A stretch of DNA of 64,000 nt, taken from the IMG/VR virus record IMGVR_UViG_3300013093_000022, positions 62,514-126,513 of that record; one strand, given 5' to 3'. Source of the DNA: a virus. A model generated the notes under the pieces. That model had not been told where the DNA came from. It searched no databases and was given only the letters and a program-made list of their open reading frames with translations. The position numbers were made by a program, and so were the translations under genes. Shown piece by piece: positions 1-9,785 of this stretch. The number at the start of each line of letters is the position of its first letter. Within the stretch, counting starts at the first letter, position 1.

Positions 1-296
1 GCCAATGTGAAGAAGAGCGACGACGCCGAGTTCTCCCTCTTCAGGACCTGGCCCCGCACGATGTCTTTTGACACGTCGTACTGGATGCCGTTGTGCCGTA
101 TCAGGATGGTGACGTCCGGGGCGTAGACCGCCGTTCCCATCGGGGGAGGGTTCAGGGTCGGGAAGGTCGCGTTCTGGCTGTGGTTCCCGATCGCCGTCTG
201 GGTACCGGCGCTGGCGTTGGCCGGGACCCCACCGATCGCGCCGCCGGTGGTCGTGGTCCCCGGGGCCGACGCCGACGGGGTGTTGGGCGCGGTCAA
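1..296 (-). CDS. 5' part of probable baseplate hub / tail-associated protein (runs off window)
   Basis: Not in the ORF track. Manual translation from TTG at 296 (TTGA overlap with the upstream stop) gives MTAPNTPSAS...PDVTILIRHNGIQYDVSKDIVRGQVLKRENSASSLFFTLA, open to position 1. Lies downstream of the tape measure gene. Confidence 0.7.
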   Translation of the reverse strand, partial: MTAPNTPSASAPGTTTTGGAIGGVPANASAGTQTAIGNHSQNATFPTLNPPPMGTAVYAPDVTILIRHNGIQYDVSKDIVRGQVLKRENSASSLFFTL

Positions 297-931
297 AACG
301 CGATACCCCCGGTGAGGGCCTGGGTGATGCCGGGGATGACCGACGCCGTGCCGCCCGACAGGAGGTTGCTCCCCAAGGTGCTCTGCACGGCACCGTAGAG
401 GGCGGCGTTGCCCTGGGTGACCGCCCCGCCGATGAAGTCCTCGGCCAGCGTGAACAGGGTGTCGACGTTGCTGCCGACCGACGTGCTCTGGAACAGCCCC
501 TGCCAGCCGCTGGCGAAGCTCTGGAACACCTGCAGGTTGCTGACCAGGGACACCACGAGCTGGAACTCGACCTGGGTTCGGGGCGCGTAGTTCCACCTCA
601 TCCCCCCGGCCTTCGTTACCGGGATGATCCCGGTCCAGTTGTTGATGTTGCGCTCCGGCCAGTTCAGGGTCACGCCGGGCAGCCCGGTTGAGTTCGAGCT
701 CTGCGAGTTGACCATGTTGGTCCTCGCCCAGTCTTGCCACTGCTCCCACACCGCCTCGCTGGGGAACACGACGCTGCACACCAGGTCGGGCTGGAAGGCC
801 TTGATCGGGAAGTACTGCGCCTGGGTCTTGGTCTGGACGCCACGTATCTCGCCTGAGATCGGGGAGTTGAAGCTGACGACGTTCAGGTAGAAGTCGGGCT
901 GCCCCACCCCGCTGACCCGGAGCTGGCTCAC
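293..931 (-). CDS. baseplate/minor tail protein
   Basis: 212 aa, strong GC3 bias, coupled start/stop overlaps, post-tape-measure position. Confidence 0.65.
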   Translation of the reverse strand: MSQLRVSGVGQPDFYLNVVSFNSPISGEIRGVQTKTQAQYFPIKAFQPDLVCSVVFPSEAVWEQWQDWARTNMVNSQSSNSTGLPGVTLNWPERNINNWTGIIPVTKAGGMRWNYAPRTQVEFQLVVSLVSNLQVFQSFASGWQGLFQSTSVGSNVDTLFTLAEDFIGGAVTQGNAALYGAVQSTLGSNLLSGGTASVIPGITQALTGGIAF

Positions 932-1137
932 TGCTGCCTCGACTTCCCGAGCGCACCGATGCTGCCGCCCGCCGGAGGGGGCGCGGCCGGCGGCTCGCCA
1001 CTGGCCGACGCCGCCGTCGCCGGGAACAGGAAGCCTACGGTCTTGCTGAACATGAAGCCGTTCAGGTCGGTGTCGGGCCGTGCGGCGACCGTGATCGGCG
1101 ACGACATCTTGACGTTCGACGTGTAGCGCATGGCCAC
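928..1137 (-). CDS. small hypothetical tail-region protein
   Basis: 69 aa, fills the gap, stop overlaps the next start (GTGA). Confidence 0.6.
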   Translation of the reverse strand: MAMRYTSNVKMSSPITVAARPDTDLNGFMFSKTVGFLFPATAASASGEPPAAPPPAGGSIGALGKSRQQ

Positions 1138-1150
1138 AGGACGATACCCC

Positions 1151-1870
1151 CTACCCGCCTATGTAGCTGGCGATTGAGCCGATGATGTTTCCCGCCCCGG
1201 GAATCCCGGGGACCGGTGGGGCGGTCTGGACGGTCGGTGCCACGGGGTTCAGTGTCGACTGGAACCCCGACGACCCGCCGTACTCGTTGTTCGGGATGTT
1301 CACCCCGGCGAAGTCGAAGTTGTTGAAACCGGACGTCACGAACCCGATGCCGTCGGAGATCGCCTTGAACGCCTGGTCCAGTGAGGCCGACGTCTGGACG
1401 CCCGAGATGTCCTCTTGGATGCGGAAGCTCAACTCCAGCTCACGGACCGTCTCCCCGACCGCGTCGTGGTAGGGGAGGCTGTCGGCGAACACCTTGAGAC
1501 GCCAGTTGCGGGTCGTGTAGGTGAACGTCGCCGCCAGCCCGTTGCGCTGCTGCACCATCAGGTCGCGCACCCACTGGACGACGTACATGGCGTAGTTCCA
1601 GCCGCCCTGACCGCAGTCGATGGTGACCTTCAGGTTGTCCATCTTGATGCCCAGGATCTGGATGACCCGGCCCCCGTAGGTTTCCGTGACGAACGTCTTC
1701 ATCTCGTAGTTCCAGGTGATCGAGTTCGGGTTGGTGCGGAACTGGAGCGGGGCACCGACCGCCGGGTGGCTCAGGGTGCATATCCCGCGGGCCGCTTGGA
1801 GCTGGGTCGGGGGCACGTTGAGGCTCGGCGCGGCGACCTGCGGGATCGGCGACGGGGTGGGGCTGGTCAT
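1151..1870 (-). CDS. probable tail tube initiator / baseplate protein
   Basis: 239 aa, directly after tape measure (TGATG overlap); FRTNPNSITWNY motif resembles myovirus tube-initiator proteins. Confidence 0.6.
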   Translation of the reverse strand: MTSPTPSPIPQVAAPSLNVPPTQLQAARGICTLSHPAVGAPLQFRTNPNSITWNYEMKTFVTETYGGRVIQILGIKMDNLKVTIDCGQGGWNYAMYVVQWVRDLMVQQRNGLAATFTYTTRNWRLKVFADSLPYHDAVGETVRELELSFRIQEDISGVQTSASLDQAFKAISDGIGFVTSGFNNFDFAGVNIPNNEYGGSSGFQSTLNPVAPTVQTAPPVPGIPGAGNIIGSIASYIGG

Positions 1871-4218
1871 CAGTGGGCCCCGGTCGACGTGTTCGGCCCG
1901 TAGCCGACCGGCTCGTTGTTCACGCTCGCCCCGCCGACACCGGCGTTCGCCTGCTGCTGGTTCGGGGTCAGCGGCACCGGGTTCGGCGACGCCGAGGCGT
2001 TGCCCTGCTTGTCGATCGAGATCCTCACCGAGGCGGGGGAGAAGTTGACGTGGGTCTGCCCCCCGGTCCGGAAGGCCTGGTCCGAGTTCGCCGAGGTCTG
2101 GGCCAGTGTGATGCCCGGGCCGTCGTCACCCTTCTTCCGCCACTTGGCCTGGCCGCTGGCCAGGGCCTGGACCTGCTCTCGGTTTCCCGACAGGGCCGCC
2201 CACTGTCCGCCCTGGTTGACCTCGACCTGGTCGGCACCGTACTGGCCGACGATCTGGCTGATGATCGGGTTCTGGGCCTCGGCGTTGATGTTGTAGTGGG
2301 CCTGGTCTATGACCTTGTTCCCGTGGTCCCACGCCCTCCCGGCCGCGTCGAAGTCGCCGTGGAGCACGTCGGCCCCCGCTTTGACCATGTCCCAGACTCC
2401 GTCGCCGACGGCCCCCAACCCCTGGCCTACATCAGCGACCGCGCCCATCTCCGGGTTGACCTCGCCGACGATCTTCTGGCGCTCCTCCTTGCCCTGCTTC
2501 GCCGGGTTCTGCCCGCCCATCACCTGGAGCACGAACTGGATCGACTGCTCGGTGTCCATCTGCTGGCCCGGGAACATCCGCTGCGAGATGTTCATGAACA
2601 CCGCGACCCGGTTCAGGAACCGGGGGTCGCCACGGTCGGCCGGGTATCCCCGGAAGAGCTTCCTCACCAGGTTCTCCATCGCCTGGCCGCTCACGTCGTT
2701 GGCGTTCATGCCCTTCGACTGCATGTACGGCAACAGCATCTGGGGGTTCAGGCCCGGGACCCGGACACCGCTGTAGGTCTCCAGCAGGGCCGACGAGGCG
2801 GCGGTCGAACCGGCGCTGCCCACCATGTTCCCCCACTGACCGGCCAGCGCCTTGTTGTCCTTGAACCCCCCGAGGGCGTCGAGCATCGCCTCCGACGCCT
2901 CCGGGCCCCCGGCACCGCCCGAGATCAACTGACTCGTGCCCTGGGTGAACATCCGGTCCAGGTCGGGCTGGCTCAGGTAGCCGGTCTTGGACATCTCCTT
3001 GAGCGTGCCGAGCGACGCCGCCAGGCCCATGACCGACTGGCCGCCCTCGGCGACGTTCTTCCTCAACATCGAGACCGTGTCGCTGACCTGGATGTTCATG
3101 TCCTTCAGGTTCTGGGCCATGAACTGGGTGACCGTGTCGAACTGCTTGCCCTTGTACCCCTCCGACAGGCCGGCCATGATGACCTGGCGCGACTGCTCGG
3201 TCGAGATGAACGGGTTCAGGGCCAGCGACCGGATCCCGACCTCGGTCTCCATGCCCTCGGCGGCACCGCCGCCGTTGATCGACCCCAGGTTCTTGTAGTT
3301 CTGGTAGATCGAGCCGCCCTTCTCGAGGAAACCCAGACCGGCCAGTCCCAGGCCCACCGGGCCGGTGATGCCGCCCAGCTTCCTCAACAGTCCGCCGCCG
3401 AGACCGGCCATGAGCGATCCCCCGGGCAGGCCCGGGAGGCCCTGCTGGGCCGGCCCGGAGCTGTTCGGGGCCGCCTGCGAGTTGGGGCGCATCATGTTGC
3501 CCACCGCGCCCAGGACCTTGTTGCCCATGCTCATGGCGCTCAGCCCCGAGCCGCCGCCGACGTTCATCTCGTTCGCGATGTTGTTCAGCAGCCCGCCGGC
3601 CCCGAAGCCGCTCGTGATCCCCTGACCGGCACCCCCGCCGCTGGCGGTATTCATCGCCTGCTGGGCCTGGATCTTGTCCCGGGCCTCGACCCGGGCAGCC
3701 GACGCCTGCATGTCGGCCGGGGCCCCGCTGCCCGTCACTGGGATGTCGCCCGGCTGGATCCGGTTCCTGCCCGTCTGGGCGTTCACGTACTTGTACGGGT
3801 CCTGCTGCTGGATTTGGTCGGCCGTGTTCGGTGCCGGTGCCCGGCCCGACCCCATCCCGGCACCCATCCCGGCGAAGGCGTCCACATAGCCTTGGGGGGC
3901 CGACCGGGACAGGGGCAGCGCTTGGGCCGAGCTGCCCCCCCCGACGCCGCCCATCGCCCTCTGCTGCAGGTCGGCGTTGCGCTCCAGTTGGGCGGCCAGG
4001 TTCCGGTAGGCCTCGGTGGCCATGTTCCCGGCCTGCACCATCTGCTGGATGTAGCCGACGAACGTGGTGCTGCTCTTCGCGGCGGCCTCGACCGAGGCCC
4101 GGAAGTTGTTGATGCCGGTCGACATCTCCTTCAGCGACTGGATGCCCTCGGTGGGGACGTCGATCGAGACCCTGGCGGCGACGTAGTCGTCGCCTTGGGT
4201 GAAGCCCGGCCCGGTCAC
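1870..4218 (-). CDS. tape measure protein
   Basis: 782 aa, G/A/M/Q-rich helical protein immediately downstream of the frameshifted chaperone pair. Confidence 0.85.
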   Translation of the reverse strand: MTGPGFTQGDDYVAARVSIDVPTEGIQSLKEMSTGINNFRASVEAAAKSSTTFVGYIQQMVQAGNMATEAYRNLAAQLERNADLQQRAMGGVGGGSSAQALPLSRSAPQGYVDAFAGMGAGMGSGRAPAPNTADQIQQQDPYKYVNAQTGRNRIQPGDIPVTGSGAPADMQASAARVEARDKIQAQQAMNTASGGGAGQGITSGFGAGGLLNNIANEMNVGGGSGLSAMSMGNKVLGAVGNMMRPNSQAAPNSSGPAQQGLPGLPGGSLMAGLGGGLLRKLGGITGPVGLGLAGLGFLEKGGSIYQNYKNLGSINGGGAAEGMETEVGIRSLALNPFISTEQSRQVIMAGLSEGYKGKQFDTVTQFMAQNLKDMNIQVSDTVSMLRKNVAEGGQSVMGLAASLGTLKEMSKTGYLSQPDLDRMFTQGTSQLISGGAGGPEASEAMLDALGGFKDNKALAGQWGNMVGSAGSTAASSALLETYSGVRVPGLNPQMLLPYMQSKGMNANDVSGQAMENLVRKLFRGYPADRGDPRFLNRVAVFMNISQRMFPGQQMDTEQSIQFVLQVMGGQNPAKQGKEERQKIVGEVNPEMGAVADVGQGLGAVGDGVWDMVKAGADVLHGDFDAAGRAWDHGNKVIDQAHYNINAEAQNPIISQIVGQYGADQVEVNQGGQWAALSGNREQVQALASGQAKWRKKGDDGPGITLAQTSANSDQAFRTGGQTHVNFSPASVRISIDKQGNASASPNPVPLTPNQQQANAGVGGASVNNEPVGYGPNTSTGAH

Positions 4219-4231
4219 CTACCACACCCCC

Positions 4232-4636
4232 TCACTGCCACGGACCCCACTCCTGGCCGACCGCGCTCGCACCCGACACGGTGTGGGTGCCGTTCAGGAC
4301 CTGCTGGAGCCTGCGGTCGTCCTTCCACTTGCGCTCCTGCTCGGCGAAGTACTGGTCCATCTCGGCGACGTCGGTGACCGGGGCACCCTCGGGGTCGGAC
4401 CACTGGCCCAGCACCTTGTCCTTGAAGAACTTCATCCAGTTCTCGGGTGCCAGGTACAGGGTCAGCGACTCCAGCATCTTGTCCCTGTCCTCCAACTCGT
4501 CGCGGCGGCGCATCCAGAAGGCGTACGACTGGGCCCAGTGCTGGACCTTGTTCACCGACCTGCTGGTGAGGTGTCCCCGCTCGTAGGCTAGACGGACCAG
4601 GGCTTCCGACCTGGGGTCTAGCCGGTCAATTTTCCC
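4232..4636 (-). CDS. tail assembly chaperone GT, -1 frame extension
   Basis: The -1 frame is open from the slippery site (KIDRLDPRSEALVRLAYERGHLTSRSVNKVQHW...) into track ORF 4232..4555; fused product ~305 aa. Confidence 0.85.
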   Translation of the reverse strand, partial: GKIDRLDPRSEALVRLAYERGHLTSRSVNKVQHWAQSYAFWMRRRDELEDRDKMLESLTLYLAPENWMKFFKDKVLGQWSDPEGAPVTDVAEMDQYFAEQERKWKDDRRLQQVLNGTHTVSGASAVGQEWGPWQ

Positions 4637-5148
4637 AATTTGATCGCCAACTCCGCGAACTCTTTGTCCAGGTTCAGGATGTGCGGGTAGGCCTCCATGA
4701 TCACCGAGGCGTGGGCCTTCCGCAGGACGTTCAGCTTGGCCTCGAAAACCGACTCAGGGGACTCGTCGGACGACCAGGGGGTGTAGATGGGGCGACCGTC
4801 TATGGTCTTGATTCCGGCGGCGCACGTGGCCAACTGGACGGCTCTGGCGTAGGCCTCGGTCCCCAGGTAGTCCTTGGTGAACACCCCGACGCGGAGGTCG
4901 TCGTCGACGTTCAAAGACTCGATGCCGACGCTGTGGCCCATGACTGAGATCGTCTTGGCCCTCTTCCCGCAGTTCAACAGGGTCGCGAAGGCTTCCTGCT
5001 CCTCGTCGTCGGGCTCCCACACGGTTTCGGTGTCGTCCCCGCCGACCAGTCGCCGGGTCTGGGGGACCGTGATCTCCTGCGGGGGGATGAACGACGACGT
5101 GGGGTCGTCGGTGAGTCCGGTCTGCTCGGTGAATCCGGTGGCTGCCAT
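4618..5148 (-). CDS. tail assembly chaperone G
   Basis: 176 aa acidic protein, GAGGAG RBS, between tube and tape measure, ends at the slippery site. Confidence 0.85.
   Translation of the reverse strand: MAATGFTEQTGLTDDPTSSFIPPQEITVPQTRRLVGGDDTETVWEPDDEEQEAFATLLNCGKRAKTISVMGHSVGIESLNVDDDLRVGVFTKDYLGTEAYARAVQLATCAAGIKTIDGRPIYTPWSSDESPESVFEAKLNVLRKAHASVIMEAYPHILNLDKEFAELAIKLGKLTG
4630..4636 (-). other. programmed -1 ribosomal frameshift site G GGA AAA
   Basis: XXXYYYZ heptamer GGGAAAA three codons before the chaperone stop, canonical for actinophage G/GT genes. Confidence 0.9.
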
Positions 5149-5184
5149 GCGGGGAACTCCTCAAAAAGGAAAAGGCGAACGCCT

Positions 5185-5221
5185 CTACTCTTTACCTGGG
5201 TGAATGCCCGGTCTTTCACAG
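5185..5221 (-). promoter_or_regulatory. putative phage late promoter CTGTGA-N22-AAAGAGTAG
   Basis: Member of a bipartite motif family seen upstream of many structural genes. Confidence 0.6.
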
Positions 5222-5261
5222 GCACCAGGAGTTTATCCCCGAGCGTTTCGGACCAGCAAAC

Positions 5262-5411
5262 TCACCGATATTCGGTGTCTTCGGTCCTTTTCATAGTGCC
5301 GGTCGGGATCCGGGCACCGCCCAACAGGCCAGCCACCTCCGACACGGGGGGCACCCCTCGGGCCTCCCGGTTCGGCAGCCCGTACTGCTGAGACTGCGGG
5401 GTGATCTGCAT
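5262..5411 (-). CDS. possible 49-aa hypothetical protein
   Basis: ATG 1 nt after the upstream stop (MQITPQSQQYGLPNREARG...); below the track cutoff. Confidence 0.35.
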   Translation of the reverse strand: MQITPQSQQYGLPNREARGVPPVSEVAGLLGGARIPTGTMKRTEDTEYR

Positions 5412-5412
5412 G

Positions 5413-5601
5413 TCAGGCGGCGGGCTTGTTCGGGACCAGCCAGGTGGCGACCACGGTCAGCACGCCCAGCAGGGTCGACACCAGGGGCTGGTCGGGCAGG
5501 AATGGAATCTGGTTGTAGGCGGTCAACAGGGTTACCGCGACGCCGACCGCAGCGACGGCCGCCTTGCGTGCCGTGGCGACCCAATCCAAGAAGTTCGTCA
5601 T
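5413..5601 (-). CDS. small 2-TM membrane protein, holin-like
   Basis: 62 aa, two hydrophobic helices, ARKA start and WLVPNKP end typical of small actinophage holins. Confidence 0.65.
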   Translation of the reverse strand: MTNFLDWVATARKAAVAAVGVAVTLLTAYNQIPFLPDQPLVSTLLGVLTVVATWLVPNKPAA

Positions 5602-5623
5602 CTCATTCGTCCCTTTTTTGTGG

Positions 5624-6094
5624 TTAAACGGGCGTCGTGTAGCAGTACTGCATGGTCAGGGTCTTGGGCAGGGTCATCGTCCCGATGTTGATGTTCTCGC
5701 CCTCGTCGATGTCGGTGATCACCACGTTGTGGTACACCCTCGAGCGCATGAAGCCGGTCGGCGACTTGATGACCTTCTGCATCGTCACCGTCCCCAGGTT
5801 GATCTGGGCCTGCAGCACCTGAAGCAGGTTCGCCGTCCCCTGCAGGCCGGGCAGCATTGACCAGACCGGCTCGTTCCACAGCTCGTAGAACGTGCAACGC
5901 AGGGTGCCGCACCCGACCGCGAGCGCGGTCACGATCTCCAGCGGCACCGACTCGTCGATCGGCTGCACCGCCTGGGCGGTCGCCACCGGGGCCGGGGGCG
6001 TGTCCTGCATGACCTGGAGGTAGGCCAGGCGCTGGCCGTTCCACATCATGGTGGTGAACCCGGAACCACCGATCCTGGTTACTGACGCGACCAT
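5624..6094 (-). CDS. tail tube protein
   Basis: 156 aa, beta-rich, immediately downstream of the sheath. Confidence 0.8.
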   Translation of the reverse strand: MVASVTRIGGSGFTTMMWNGQRLAYLQVMQDTPPAPVATAQAVQPIDESVPLEIVTALAVGCGTLRCTFYELWNEPVWSMLPGLQGTANLLQVLQAQINLGTVTMQKVIKSPTGFMRSRVYHNVVITDIDEGENINIGTMTLPKTLTMQYCYTTPV

Positions 6095-6112
6095 ACTCTG
6101 TCCCCTACCCTA

Positions 6113-7723
6113 CTAGTCGCTCTGGAGCGTGTTTGACGCGCCGCCGAAGTCGTTGACCGCCGAGCTCGACGGGCCAGCGGCCGAACTCATCAAGCCGCTC
6201 TGCGTGTTCTGGGTGGTCGTGAAGTCCGACGCATTCGGAGACGCCCCGGTTGAGGTTACGGTCCCGGTGCTCAGGTCGATCCCGAAGGTCAACACGATGT
6301 AGTTCAACGGCATCGAGGGCTTCCAGTTGTACGAGATTTCCAGCACGTCGGGGTTGGTGATCAGTTGGCGTACGGTCAGGGAGTTATAGCCCGCGATCAG
6401 GCCGTTCACGAGCAGCGACTGGAGGCCGGCCTCGGCGGCGGCCTTCACATTGATCATCGTGTAGTCGTAGATCGGCTGGCCGATGAGGTTCGAGTTCTGC
6501 AGGTAGGCCCGCAGCGTGTACACCATCGAGTCCTGCTGGCCGACGATGTTCCACTCCCGGTGGAAGAGGTCGGCGTTGTTGGTGGTCACCCCGTGGCGGA
6601 CCCACATCCGGCCCCCGTTCGGGGGTGCCATCTCGATGACCATCAGCCCGTTCTGCGACTCGAAGCTCTTCTGGCTGTCGTTCACGCTGTCGTTGATCCC
6701 GGCGAAACCGGTGATCGCCTTGTGGGTCAGGGGTTGGGCGGCGCTCATGCTGACCGCCATACCGGCCAGGGCGCACGCGATGTACTGTCCCCCCAGGTTG
6801 ATGGTCTGGCTCAGCTCCGGAGAGTAGTACGAGAAGCTGGTCGGCGAGACGAGTGCGATCCGCTCGTCGTACAGGTCGGAGGCGTACTGGATCCGCTGCG
6901 TGCTCGACACCGTGTTCCCGGCCGTGCCGTCCATGCCGAGGATCGCCCGCCGCTCGAAACGGCTCGCCGACTGCTGGTCGACGTGCTCCTGGACCGCCTG
7001 GTTCAGGGGGCCCAGGTACGATCCGCTGCACGGCACCACGACCGACACCAGGGCCTGGTCGTTGAGGAGCTGGAGGGCGTTGTAGTAGTCGCCGTAGTTG
7101 GGGGCGCTCGGGTTGGCCGGATTCACCGCGACCGTCATCACCTGGCTGGCACCGTTCAAGAAGGCGAACTTCGCGCCCAAGGTCAGCTCCGACTGGACGA
7201 CGAAGCCGTTCGGGTTGGTGGTCGTCGGGACCGACGCGAACGGGGCACCGTACATGGTGACCACGTCGTTGTAGGTGTAGAAGACCTGCGGCTGGTAGTA
7301 GCTGGCGTCGGTGTAGGTGTACGAGATCTGGACGACCTGGCCGACGTTGATGTGCCCCGAGATGACGCGGGAGATCGCGTACGCCGAGGCGGCGGTGCCG
7401 CTCGCGGTTCCGTTGACCGACACGACCGTGTAGTCGGTGTTCAGGGTGTACACCTGGCCGGTGCTGGGGTTGGACACCACGATCGTGGCCTGGTCGATGC
7501 CCAACTGGGCCAGGGTGGCGTTGATCGCCGGGACCGAGGTGCTGGTGTCGGGGTTGATGACGATGCTCTGCACGAACTTGTTCGACCCGATCGACAGGCC
7601 GACCAAGGCGACGGCCGTGGGGATCGCGTTGTTGATCGCCAGGACGGTCGTCTCAGTGGGGTTGGTGTAGACCCCGGGCGGCAGGTACCTGGAGAAGTCG
7701 ACAGCCTGCGACGGAGTGCTCAT
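6113..7723 (-). CDS. tail sheath protein
   Basis: 536 aa; N-terminal YLPPGVY and C-terminal PSMPLNYIVLTF sheath signatures. Confidence 0.92.
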   Translation of the reverse strand: MSTPSQAVDFSRYLPPGVYTNPTETTVLAINNAIPTAVALVGLSIGSNKFVQSIVINPDTSTSVPAINATLAQLGIDQATIVVSNPSTGQVYTLNTDYTVVSVNGTASGTAASAYAISRVISGHINVGQVVQISYTYTDASYYQPQVFYTYNDVVTMYGAPFASVPTTTNPNGFVVQSELTLGAKFAFLNGASQVMTVAVNPANPSAPNYGDYYNALQLLNDQALVSVVVPCSGSYLGPLNQAVQEHVDQQSASRFERRAILGMDGTAGNTVSSTQRIQYASDLYDERIALVSPTSFSYYSPELSQTINLGGQYIACALAGMAVSMSAAQPLTHKAITGFAGINDSVNDSQKSFESQNGLMVIEMAPPNGGRMWVRHGVTTNNADLFHREWNIVGQQDSMVYTLRAYLQNSNLIGQPIYDYTMINVKAAAEAGLQSLLVNGLIAGYNSLTVRQLITNPDVLEISYNWKPSMPLNYIVLTFGIDLSTGTVTSTGASPNASDFTTTQNTQSGLMSSAAGPSSSAVNDFGGASNTLQSD

Positions 7724-7755
7724 CGGCAGAAACCCCTAACGGTCAGTAAATGTCT

Positions 7756-7792
7756 TCACTCTTTAGAGGGGCAGACCGGTGCCGGTTCACAT
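7756..7792 (-). promoter_or_regulatory. putative phage late promoter ATGTGA-N22-AAAGAGTGA
   Basis: Bipartite motif ending about 32 nt upstream of the sheath ATG. Confidence 0.6.
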
Positions 7793-8716
7793 CACCGGGT
7801 AGTCGACGTTCACCCCGTTCGTTTGCCCAGTCATGTCAAAGGGCGCGTACCCTGCGGGTATGACCGGGGAGTTCCCCAGCCACGCCTGGGGGGTGTAATC
7901 CTGCCCGGTCTCGGAGACCGTGACCCCCGACCGGATCTCGGCCAGGGTGTACAGGCCGTCGTTGTTGTACGAGAGGTTGAACTGGCCGACCATGTCGACG
8001 CTCCACGAGTCCTGGTAGGTGAGCAGGTCGTCGGAGAAGGGGGTGCCTTGGCTGGCCTGCTGGCCGCCGGGCAGGAGGGTGTCCAACTGCAGGGTCATCG
8101 CCACGTACGGGTTCTGGTCGAGGGCGGTGATCAGGCTCCGGTACTGCTGGGTGTCGGCCTGGGGCCTGGTCAGCAGGAGCTGCGGGGTCCGGGCGAAGGC
8201 CAGGACCGAGATCAGCGAGTCGGACAGCCGGTCCCGGTCGAGGCTCTTGAGGGCCAGGATCGTCATCGTGATCCGGCCTTGGAAGGTCCAGTCCTGGATG
8301 AACGACCACTCCCCGGTCTCGGGGTTCTTGACCTGGACCTCGTGGCCCAGGCCCGACCGGTTGATCTTGGTGACCGAGAACTCGACGAACACCGACGGGT
8401 ACTCGACCTGCTTGAGCGGGTAGTCGAGGGCGATCTGGACCTTCTGGGTCTTGTCGAACGACATCGAGCCTTGGAGGGCGTCGCGCAGCGCCTGGACGGT
8501 GGCCGTCTTGACCGACTGGATCAGGCCCCCGTCGGAGCGGGGCAGGGGAGGGATCTGGACCGACCCGCCGGGGGGGAAGTCGTAGTCGGCCATGAACACC
8601 GACGGCCCGAACTCGGGGTGGTCGGGGCCGAAGGTCTCGGGGAGCTCGACCGGGAACGCATCCGAGTTGGACACCGGTGCCCCGGGCTCGCCGGGCGGCG
8701 TCAGGGGCCCGGTCAC
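7787..8716 (-). CDS. probable tail terminator / neck protein
   Basis: 309 aa, directly upstream of the sheath; DYPLKQVEYPSVFVEF motif. Confidence 0.6.
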   Translation of the reverse strand: MTGPLTPPGEPGAPVSNSDAFPVELPETFGPDHPEFGPSVFMADYDFPPGGSVQIPPLPRSDGGLIQSVKTATVQALRDALQGSMSFDKTQKVQIALDYPLKQVEYPSVFVEFSVTKINRSGLGHEVQVKNPETGEWSFIQDWTFQGRITMTILALKSLDRDRLSDSLISVLAFARTPQLLLTRPQADTQQYRSLITALDQNPYVAMTLQLDTLLPGGQQASQGTPFSDDLLTYQDSWSVDMVGQFNLSYNNDGLYTLAEIRSGVTVSETGQDYTPQAWLGNSPVIPAGYAPFDMTGQTNGVNVDYPVM

Positions 8717-9165
8717 GAGAACCCCTGGTCCCGCATCAACTGGTTGATGTCGTAGTCGCCGACCGACTTTTGGGGTCGGCCGTAGTTCTCGGCGTAGTGC
8801 TGCTCGGCGGCCGCCTTGGCCTTCTCCGGGGTCTTGAACCGGCCCAACTGCTCGGGCTCGTCGCTGAGCGAGTACCTCGGCGAGGTGATGCTGCCGTAGT
8901 CGCCGCTCGGCGGTTCAATGGTTTCCATGCCTTGGTGGAGACCGTGGTGGTTGACACCCCAGACGACGGGGTTCCTGCCTCCCCCACCCCGGTAGATATG
9001 ATACTTGACGTGGGTTTCACCGAAGGGTGGGTGCCACTTTTCGGTACCCGTGTTCGTGCCGGGCCAGCGGGGCCGCCAGTCGTCGTGCGGCTCGTCGGGC
9101 GGGAGGACGACGTCCTCGGCGGCGATTCTGAAGGCGAACGTGTCGCGCTGCGTCTGGACTCTCAC
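8713..9165 (-). CDS. leader-bearing paralog 3 (candidate capsid cargo protein)
   Basis: 150 aa; N-term MRVQTQRDTFAFRIAA, C-term YDINQLMRDQGF; GTGA-coupled. Confidence 0.8.
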   Translation of the reverse strand: MRVQTQRDTFAFRIAAEDVVLPPDEPHDDWRPRWPGTNTGTEKWHPPFGETHVKYHIYRGGGGRNPVVWGVNHHGLHQGMETIEPPSGDYGSITSPRYSLSDEPEQLGRFKTPEKAKAAAEQHYAENYGRPQKSVGDYDINQLMRDQGFS

Positions 9166-9785
9166 CGGAACCCCTCGTCCCGCATGATCTGGTTGATGTC
9201 CATTTCGCCCAGGCCGCTGCCCTGCCGCTGCGTGTGCCTTCCCCAGGCGGTCTCAGCGGCACGCTGGGCGCTCTCCCGGTCGGGCTGATAGCCCCACAGC
9301 TCGCCCCGGCTGCCGTCTTGGAACCTCTCGTCCTCGAGGGTCGTCCCGAGGGGGCCGCCGGTGTGGGAGATCTGGTCCCAGCAGTCGGGGTCGCACTGCT
9401 TGCCCGGCTCGGCACCGCACATGCCGCACTCCAAGTCCCGGTCGCCCGGGTCGAGGTGCTCCCACCCGTGGGAGGTGGCGGGATCCGCGCCGCCGGGGCC
9501 GTGGTAGGCGTGGATGGACCACAGGTAGGGCTCGCCGACGATGGTCTTCTCGTGGTTGACCTGCAGGGCGTGCGGACGCTCGCCGTGGTAGACGATGGCG
9601 GTGGACAGGTCCTTTGGCTTCCACGGGGGCGACCCGCCGTACAGGCCGCGCTCCTGCCCCTCGTTGTAGTAGTCCATGTGGTCGGCGGTGTCCGGCAGCA
9701 CGAGGCCGCGCCGCCAGTCGACCGGTCCGGGGCCCGCGATTCTGATGGGAAACGTGTCCCGCTGGGACTGGACGCAGCGGGTCAC
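9162..9785 (-). CDS. leader-bearing paralog 2 with inserted Cys4 zinc module
   Basis: 207 aa; N-term MTRCVQSQRDTFPIRIA, internal CGMCGAEPGKQCDPDC, C-term MDINQIMRDEGF. Confidence 0.8.
   Translation of the reverse strand: MTRCVQSQRDTFPIRIAGPGPVDWRRGLVLPDTADHMDYYNEGQERGLYGGSPPWKPKDLSTAIVYHGERPHALQVNHEKTIVGEPYLWSIHAYHGPGGADPATSHGWEHLDPGDRDLECGMCGAEPGKQCDPDCWDQISHTGGPLGTTLEDERFQDGSRGELWGYQPDRESAQRAAETAWGRHTQRQGSGLGEMDINQIMRDEGFR

Noticed and set aside
2432-4225. Arg/Pro/Gly-rich alternative-frame ORFs on the minus strand throughout the window
   Set aside because: Expected scarcity of stop codons in off-frames of GC-rich DNA; they overlap well-supported genes
1873-4377. Long + strand ORFs (also 6365-8755, 37854-39641, 41691-43493, 51741-55271, 61436-63586)
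   Set aside because: Antisense shadows of high-GC3 minus-strand genes; no RBS, no recognisable motifs, and composition typical of reverse-frame translation
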